DNA of 64,000 nt from Candidatus Foliamicus sp. (GTDB lineage: Bacteria > Pseudomonadota > Gammaproteobacteria > Steroidobacterales > Foliamicaceae). The DNA lies in the NCBI GenBank assembly GCA_965249285.1, contig OZ252226.1:419095-483094 (forward strand), written 5' to 3'. The notes beneath the pieces were generated by a model that had not been told where the DNA came from, did not search any database, and saw nothing but the letters and a program-made list of their open reading frames with translations. The translations under genes were made by a program, and so were the position numbers. Shown one piece after another: positions 57,870 to 64,000 of the stretch (positions are counted from its first letter, which is position 1; the number at the start of each line of letters is the position of its first letter).

Positions 57870-58047
57870 TTAGTGAACACCTTGTTTCGGACGATGCAAG
57901 ATCGCGCTAGGACGATGATTGTGCTCAAGGGTGGGGGCGCGTATGCGGCGCGGACTGTAAATCCAACCGCCAGCTGAAACGCTGGCACGACAACGAACTG
58001 ACTGCTATTTCGGCAGCGTGCGCCTGGCGGGCAGCTCCTCGTCAATC

Positions 58048-58856
58048 TCACCCTGCCCGCACATTGGTTCCAATATGCTGTGGTCCGTCCAGAAATATCG
58101 CCTCTCTTAGAGCTGAGGTCTTTCTACCGTCGCAGATTATGCTTTCGACGCCCTCGCTTGCCGCTGCCAAAAGGCTCTTCAGTTTGGTTCGCAGGCCGCC
58201 GGTTATATCCGGTTTCTCCGAGGCCTCGCATTGAGACAAAGCGTAAGCGGCATTGTTCGAGTTGACTTCCTCGATAAGACGCCTTTCCGGCTCCGACCTC
58301 GTTTCGATTCCCTCAACGTCCGTGAGCATTACGATTCTTCTCGCCGACATTCGTATCGCCAGTTCGCAAACGACATAGTCGCTCGAAACAACTGATTGCT
58401 TGCCGTTAGCATCAAACATCAAATCGCCGGCAAGTACGGGCGCCAAGCCCCTCTGTAATGCCAATTCGATTGGCTTACTATGAACTTCAAAGCCACTTGC
58501 CGGATTGCCTACGAATAACGACGAAGACTGGAAAGGCAAGCAGGCAAGCCCAACACTTCGCCAGGACTCCGTGATTCTTGCAAGTAGATCGAACATTCCC
58601 ATCGTCATCATGGGAGCATTCAGTCGGTTCTTTTCTTCATCTCCAATAGCGTTGTGCCTTACAGGAATTTGATTCCCAAAGATCCTCCCCCGATCACGCA
58701 TACCACCTGAATTTCGCTTTCATCCAGTATTGCTCGAAGTTGGCGGCCGTAGGAAGCCACCCGCTCCAGATTGATCTTGCGATATTGAGACTTATGAGTG
58801 ACCAGGCTGCCACCGAGCTTGACGACAAAAATCTCTGGGCGTTTATTCTTGCGCAC
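58048..58856 (-). pseudogene. Amino-acid-kinase-family protein (isopentenyl phosphate kinase / FomA-like), frameshifted
   Basis: FVVKLGGSLVTHK...VVCVIGGGS in ORF 58659-58856. It continues as FGNQ...LAGDLMFD...MLTDVEGI...DITGGL in ORF 58048-58701. The frame change lies at the T-run (plus-strand AAA 58678-58680). Confidence 0.65.
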
Positions 58857-59028
58857 AACAACCGCTCAAGTCGGAGAAGACTGTGAAGGATATTCTGAAC
58901 TTCTACCAAATAATGGCAAACACCGGAATTGGAGGCAGATGAAATCGAACAAAAGAGCAGAGGCTTTGTAACCGATAGAGTGCTTATTTCACCTTGATTC
59001 TGGTTAAAGTGTTGCTCGCGCTACGCCG

Positions 59029-61713
59029 CTAATACGACGTCTCTAAGAGCAAGGTCTTGGCCTCCGTCACGGCTTGTAGCCGGCTATGCACGCCGAGTTT
59101 TCTGAAAATGTTCTTTAGATGGAATCGAATCGTGTTTTCTGTGATACCCAGGTTCCTGGCGATGACCTTGTCGGACAGCCCTTTCGACAGTTCTTCAAGT
59201 ACCTGATGTTCTCTCTTGCTCAATTTCGTCACTTCCTGATCCGCAACAGCATTGCCCAGGAGACTCAGGAGATGCGCAGCATGATCTCGCTCAGATGAAT
59301 TGCGTGACTTCATATATGCCGCAAGCAAGTCCACAATGAACGGGGCTTCATCCAAAACAAGCCGAACAAACCCTTCTCGCCGAACTGCAGTAAGCACCTC
59401 ATTCAAAACATCAAAGGATTTCCCCCGTTGCTTCGCGAGATAGAGTGCAAGCGAGAGCAGGAGAGAGTATTTGAGGACGGCCCTGGTGTGCTTGATCTCT
59501 TTTTCTATGCCGACAAAAAAGGAAAGTTCATCAATAGCCTTCTTAAAACGTTTCTCAGCAATCAACAGTCGGCAGAGAGACGGGGTGATGCCGAAACGCT
59601 CCCTGATCAGTGAATTTTCATCGGTAGGGATCTTGTACTCGTCAAGCGACAGTCCGCTTTCCTGCACCAGTGTTCTGGCCTTTGCGATGTCGCCGGATCT
59701 CGTCAAGTGTCCGCAGCTGTTTGCCACCAGCAGGCGTCTAAGCCTTCTTAAGCCCTCTTCTTGAACATACTCGTTGGCGCCTTCTGTTTCTTTCCTGGCA
59801 GCGTCCAGGCCGTGAATTTCATAGGCGATAGATGACGATGTTGTGTATCCGGCAGCGTAAATCTCGTACCAGGCTTCGCCATGCACCAGGCGTGTGTTGG
59901 TGTCTCCCAGCAAGTTCTTTGCCCGTGTTACGTCATTTCTCTCGAAATACCATTCGGCTGTCAGCACATTCGCTACCAGTTTCATGTCCTTGTCGTCATG
60001 AAAGTCCCTTCGGATAATGACTTGCGCTTTTCTGTACTCGGAGATCGCTTCATGGACGTGACCCTCCGCCAAGTTGATGGCGCCGAGATGAAGATGAAAA
60101 TAGGCGATTTGAAAGGGCAGTCCTGTTGATATTCCGGAATTTGCAGCCTCTCTGGCCTCAATGAAGCGACCGTACTGCAATCCGGAAACACAAACCGTTG
60201 TGTACAAGAACGCGCTCTGTGCGTCATGTTGGTCGTCGTTGGCATCCAGCGTCGCTTTGAGTTCAGGAATGTAAGCCGCCGGATCGGAGCCCTCGTAAAA
60301 GCTGATGGCGGATGCCAGGACTGTGATCTCATAATTGAGGCGAGCGTCGGTCGATTCCGCATTCCGGCTGCGGACATGCTGAAGGATTTGCCTTGCTTCG
60401 GTCAGATTTCCGTCCTTGAGCAACACCAGGGCCCGGATCAGGTGCAGCCTGGGCCGACTGACAACAATGTCATCCGGCAACAAGGAATGGGCAGTTCGGA
60501 GCCTGGCCATGCCTTCGCGGTCCAAACGCGTGAGTCCGCCGGCCGATTCAATGAATTCCGCCGCTGTTTCCTGATCACCCACTTCCAAGGCGTATTTCAT
60601 GGAACGGATTACGTGCCCCTTGGTTGCCGCCCAGGTGGCGGCTCGTCGATGTACGGATCGGTATCTATCGGAATAGTGCAGCTTGAAATGATGCTGAAGA
60701 AATTCTCTCAGTAGTGGATGCAGGCGATAGCTGCGATCGCCGGTTTCTTCGCGAACCAGAAAGCCGCGCAGATCCTGCATTTCATCCAGGAATAGTTGGC
60801 TATCTGTTCTGTTCCTGATGAAATCCGCAGATTCCGCATCGATGCAATCAAGGATACTGGCTTCGGTAAGAAACTCTTGTTGCGCGTCGGGAACGAAATT
60901 CAGAAAGTGCTCCGAGAAATAGCTGTGAAATTCCTCCCTGGTTCCTCGAAATCGTCGCAATAGTGCCTTGCGATCGTGGCTATTGGTTAATGCAATCTTC
61001 ATGAACTGCAGGGCAATCGGCCAACCACCCGAGATTCTTGCGACTTGCTTGAGCTGTATCTTGTCGAGGAGGGGCTCCAGAAAGTTCGTCATCTCGAGAA
61101 ATGTGAACTTCATGTCATCGGCGTTCAGCTCTGTCAGCGCGCCATTGAGCCGGGAGTCCGACAAGGGCAACAGGCCCGTAGTGCGACTTGCAATGACAAT
61201 ATGGATATTCTTCGGTAAATACCTCAGCAACGGTTCGATCATTGACTTTGTACTTTCGGCCCTGAGCGATTCGAATCCATCGAGCATCAGAACGAATCTT
61301 TCTTCGCTCATCGCTATTGCCGTAGCGAGCATTCCGACGACGGACCTGGGATCCAGATGCGGACCAAAATCCTCTTCCGACATTTCGTCGATTGCACTTT
61401 TCAGCCCAATACTGTGAAGGGAGAAAGAGAGATAGGTCGCCAACACACCCGGTTGATTGTCATCCTCATCCAGACCAAGCCAGGCCGTCTTGATGCCCTG
61501 ATCCAACAGGTCGCGGCGCCAATGGCTCATTAACGCTGTTTTTCCGTAGCCTGCCGACGCCGAGATCAACGTTAATTCCTGGCGCAGTCCGTTGTTGAGT
61601 TGTTGAATCAGTCGTGGCCTGTCGATCAGCGAAACCAAGTGCTCTTCCGGTTCGATTTTGGACTTGATAATCCAGGCCGGAAATGGTGACTCTTGTCGAA
61701 ATTGACCGTTCAT
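59029..61713 (-). CDS. MalT-like STAND-type LuxR-family transcriptional regulator
   Basis: N-terminal P-loop region (LTLISASAGYGKT), a long helical-repeat middle region, and a C-terminal LuxR HTH (LSKREHQVLEELSKGLSDKVIARNLGITENTIRFHLKNIFRKLGV). Confidence 0.85.
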   Translation of the reverse strand: MNGQFRQESPFPAWIIKSKIEPEEHLVSLIDRPRLIQQLNNGLRQELTLISASAGYGKTALMSHWRRDLLDQGIKTAWLGLDEDDNQPGVLATYLSFSLHSIGLKSAIDEMSEEDFGPHLDPRSVVGMLATAIAMSEERFVLMLDGFESLRAESTKSMIEPLLRYLPKNIHIVIASRTTGLLPLSDSRLNGALTELNADDMKFTFLEMTNFLEPLLDKIQLKQVARISGGWPIALQFMKIALTNSHDRKALLRRFRGTREEFHSYFSEHFLNFVPDAQQEFLTEASILDCIDAESADFIRNRTDSQLFLDEMQDLRGFLVREETGDRSYRLHPLLREFLQHHFKLHYSDRYRSVHRRAATWAATKGHVIRSMKYALEVGDQETAAEFIESAGGLTRLDREGMARLRTAHSLLPDDIVVSRPRLHLIRALVLLKDGNLTEARQILQHVRSRNAESTDARLNYEITVLASAISFYEGSDPAAYIPELKATLDANDDQHDAQSAFLYTTVCVSGLQYGRFIEAREAANSGISTGLPFQIAYFHLHLGAINLAEGHVHEAISEYRKAQVIIRRDFHDDKDMKLVANVLTAEWYFERNDVTRAKNLLGDTNTRLVHGEAWYEIYAAGYTTSSSIAYEIHGLDAARKETEGANEYVQEEGLRRLRRLLVANSCGHLTRSGDIAKARTLVQESGLSLDEYKIPTDENSLIRERFGITPSLCRLLIAEKRFKKAIDELSFFVGIEKEIKHTRAVLKYSLLLSLALYLAKQRGKSFDVLNEVLTAVRREGFVRLVLDEAPFIVDLLAAYMKSRNSSERDHAAHLLSLLGNAVADQEVTKLSKREHQVLEELSKGLSDKVIARNLGITENTIRFHLKNIFRKLGVHSRLQAVTEAKTLLLETSY

Positions 61714-61766
61714 TTCAAAACCCCCCAAACACAAAAACAGCCGCCATGAGTATTTCTGTCGTGTAT

Positions 61767-61834
61767 GACCTACCTAAAACAGTAGGCTTTTAGAGTATGA
61801 GACACGATTCTAAGACCTACCCGAAACAGTAGTC
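61767..61834. promoter_or_regulatory. Two 21-bp direct repeats, each with an internal dyad, in the divergent luxR/hydantoinase intergenic region
   Basis: gacctacctaaaacagtaggc (61767-61787) and gacctacccgaaacagtagtc (61814-61834) are identical at 18 of 21 positions. Each contains CCTAC-N8-GTAG. Confidence 0.35.
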
Positions 61835-61921
61835 AACCTACTGACCAAGGGACGCAGGTTTCCCTGGTAACAGTGTTACTTTTCTTGGTGAGGGCCAAGT
61901 CGAGAAGGGGAGGCGATTTCA

Positions 61922-63484
61922 ATGATCATTGGCGTCGATGTGGGAGGCACCAATACAGACGCCGTGCTTATGGACGGCACGAGGGTGATCGCCTCCCAGA
62001 AACTGCCCACGACATCCAACGTCAGCTTCGGCATTCTCAATGCCATTCGATTGGTCCTGCGCCAATCCGGTGTTTCGGCAGGCAAGATCCAATGCGTAGC
62101 GATAGGCACTACGCATTTCACCAACGCGCTCATACAGCGTGAAGGGCTATTGAATGTCGGTCTGATTCGCATTGCGCTCCCGGCATCATCAGGAGTCTTG
62201 CCTTTAAGCGACTGGCCGCCGGAACTTGCTGCAGCAATCGGCGCCAATATGGTCCTGGTAGGCGGTGGCTACCACGTAGATGGAAGCGTCGATTCCGAAT
62301 TGGATGAACTGGCCGTTCGTGACGCTGCCAGGGACTTTCGGAACAATGGCTTGAAGACCGTGGCAATCAGTGCCCTGTTCTCTCCCGTGAATGACGACAT
62401 GGAAAGGCGTGCGGAGGAAATCGTTCGAAATGAAATGCCCGAGGTGTCGGTAACTCGTTCATCTGAGGTTGGCAGCCTTGGTCTGCTGGAACGGGAAAAC
62501 GCCGCCATCATGAACGCCAGCCTGGTAGGCCTGTCGGCGAAGGTTGTGAAGTCCATTGAACAGGCCTTGAAAGAACTGCAAATCGAGTCGCCTTGTTACA
62601 TCAGCCAGAACGACGGAACGCTGATGGCCGCCGACGTGGCTGAGCGTTACCCGGTGCTGACGTTTGCTTCCGGTCCTACCAACTCCATGCGGGGAGCAGC
62701 GTATCTGTCCGGCGCCACCGATGCCTTGGTCGCAGACATCGGCGGCACAACAACCGACATTGGCATGTTGACCAATGGCTTTCCTCGAGAGTCGTCGGTC
62801 AAGGTGGATATCGGTGGGGTTCGAACCAATTTTCGTATGCCCGATATTCTGGCGCTGGGCCTTGGTGGCGGAAGCCTGGTATCGAGAGGCCACAATGGCA
62901 TTGGCATCGGACCGCAATCCGTGGGCTACCGGTTGCTGGAAGAAGCCCATGTCTTTGGCGCCAACACGCTAACCGCAACGGATATAGCAGTCGCATCGGG
63001 ATACGCAAAGCTGGGCGATCCAGACCTGGTTGCCGATTTGCCGCGGAGAACTGTTGATCTTGCGGTCGCCGAGATTCACCGGATGCTGGCCGAGGGTGTG
63101 GACCGGATGAAAACAAATGCCGAGCCGGTACCCCTTATTCTGGTCGGCGGCGGCTCGGTGCTTATTTCCCAGGACATTCCGGGAGTTTCCGAAGTCATCA
63201 TCCCGGAAAACGCGGCGGTTGCAAACGCCGTCGGTGCGTCCATAGCACTGGTCGGCGGAGAGGTCGACACCGTCTATTCCTATGACAATGTTGGCCGGGA
63301 TGCCGCGATGGAGGCTGCTCGCGAACAGGCCGAACGGGCGGCTATCGACGCTGGTGCTCAGCCCGGCACCGTTGAGATTACAAACGTTGAAGAAATTCCG
63401 CTCAGCTATGTGCCAGGCGCCGTAGTGCGAGTGCGAATCAAAGCCGCCGGCGCTTTAGCGCGGTTGGGCGTGAACACAGGGTGA
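61922..63484 (+). CDS. Hydantoinase/oxoprolinase-family protein (HyuA-like)
   Basis: MIIGVDVGGTNTDAVLMDG...IGTTHFTNA...DIGGTTTDIG. The ASKHA-fold motifs are typical of the family. RBS AAGGGGAGG. Confidence 0.85.
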   Translation: MIIGVDVGGTNTDAVLMDGTRVIASQKLPTTSNVSFGILNAIRLVLRQSGVSAGKIQCVAIGTTHFTNALIQREGLLNVGLIRIALPASSGVLPLSDWPPELAAAIGANMVLVGGGYHVDGSVDSELDELAVRDAARDFRNNGLKTVAISALFSPVNDDMERRAEEIVRNEMPEVSVTRSSEVGSLGLLERENAAIMNASLVGLSAKVVKSIEQALKELQIESPCYISQNDGTLMAADVAERYPVLTFASGPTNSMRGAAYLSGATDALVADIGGTTTDIGMLTNGFPRESSVKVDIGGVRTNFRMPDILALGLGGGSLVSRGHNGIGIGPQSVGYRLLEEAHVFGANTLTATDIAVASGYAKLGDPDLVADLPRRTVDLAVAEIHRMLAEGVDRMKTNAEPVPLILVGGGSVLISQDIPGVSEVIIPENAAVANAVGASIALVGGEVDTVYSYDNVGRDAAMEAAREQAERAAIDAGAQPGTVEITNVEEIPLSYVPGAVVRVRIKAAGALARLGVNTG

Positions 63485-63552
63485 GGGCAAATGACCCTCA
63501 ATTCCGCCGGAGTTGGCGGACATTGACTATTAACCGATCGCGGAGAAATGAA

Positions 63553-64000
63553 ATGAGTAAAGCTGGATTAAACAGGGTCTTGGCAATGACTTCATGCGTA
63601 GGCGTTGCATTGATTGTTTCTACGTCAGTTACGGCCCAGGAGCAGCCTGCCACGGTGCTGGAAGAGATAGTGGTCACTGCGAGGCAACGCGCGGAGAACC
63701 TGCAGGACGTGCCGGACGCAATCACCGCGTTCAGCGGACCGGAGATTGAGAGGCTGGGTATCGACAGCTTCGAGTCGTACGTAAACCAGACGCCCAACTT
63801 CTTGTCTCGGCAGGGTTTCCGCGCCGGTGTTGTGTTTGTGACGATTCGCGGGATAACGACCGGACAACAAGGATTTCCGCCGATCTCCTATACCGTTGAC
63901 GGCGTCAAAGCCGGCATGCTCGACGCCCTCAATCCCGGCACTCTGTTTGACTTGGAGCGGATCGAAATCCTGCGCGGGCCACAGGGGGCTCTTTACGGTA
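63553..64000 (+). CDS. TonB-dependent receptor, N-terminal part (continues beyond the right edge)
   Basis: Read by hand from the ATG at 63553: MSKAGLNRVLAMTSCVGVALIVSTSVTAQEQPATVLEEIVVTARQRAENLQDVPDAITAF...LERIEILRGPQGALYG. This gives a signal peptide, a TonB-box-like EEIVVTA and a plug domain. It is absent from the ORF track because there is no stop in the window. Confidence 0.85.
   Translation, partial: MSKAGLNRVLAMTSCVGVALIVSTSVTAQEQPATVLEEIVVTARQRAENLQDVPDAITAFSGPEIERLGIDSFESYVNQTPNFLSRQGFRAGVVFVTIRGITTGQQGFPPISYTVDGVKAGMLDALNPGTLFDLERIEILRGPQGALYG

Overview
This 64-kb chromosomal segment comes from a Gram-negative bacterium. A gammaproteobacterial origin is an inference from the WaaA, Dpp-type ABC, TonB-dependent receptor, Wzi/Wza and HipA-like sequences. 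The window is strongly mosaic and rich in accessory genes.

Main contents:
- Mobile elements: at least seven IS copies or remnants. These are IS3-family x3 plus one solo terminus, two diverged copies of one IS30-family element, one IS5-group element, one IS427-like element with a frameshifted transposase, and an IS5/DUF4096 remnant.
- Toxin-antitoxin genes: nine type II TA loci (HipBA, RHH/RelE, ParDE, Phd/RelE, AbrB-type/Doc, VapBC, TacAT, HigBA, killer/antidote), an AbiEi fragment and two Fic proteins. Three of the toxin genes are inactivated while their antitoxin genes look intact.
- tRNA-Ser(UGA), followed by a lower-GC Wzx/Wzy-type polysaccharide locus at about 11.5-30.1 kb. It encodes a PglC/PglD/PglE-like amino-sugar module, GT4, Wzi, a very large OPX, Wzz, Wzy, a Wzx-like protein, GT32, and an unusual GT25-sulfotransferase-like-GH16 fusion. 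A mobile patch interrupts the locus.
- waaA, bracketed by IS elements.
- Housekeeping-like genes: an amidohydrolase plus a five-gene peptide ABC transporter operon, a GST, a Tat-exported alpha/beta hydrolase, an FGE-like protein, an MBL alkylsulfatase-like protein, a dihaem cytochrome c, a DUF899 protein, a MalT-like LuxR regulator, a hydantoinase/oxoprolinase-family protein and a partial TonB-dependent receptor at the right edge.
- Gene decay: many genes are broken by in-frame stops, homopolymer frameshifts or truncation fragments of hsdR, serS, AbiEi and a TonB receptor.
- Repeats: a REP-like structured palindrome occurs three times.

The best candidate for something undescribed is a translationally coupled PD-(D/E)XK-like + PIN-like gene pair (4411-5534). 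It lies in a decayed defence-island context, beside a dead hsdR and an IS-split M48-TerB peptidase gene. No CRISPR array and no rRNA were seen.
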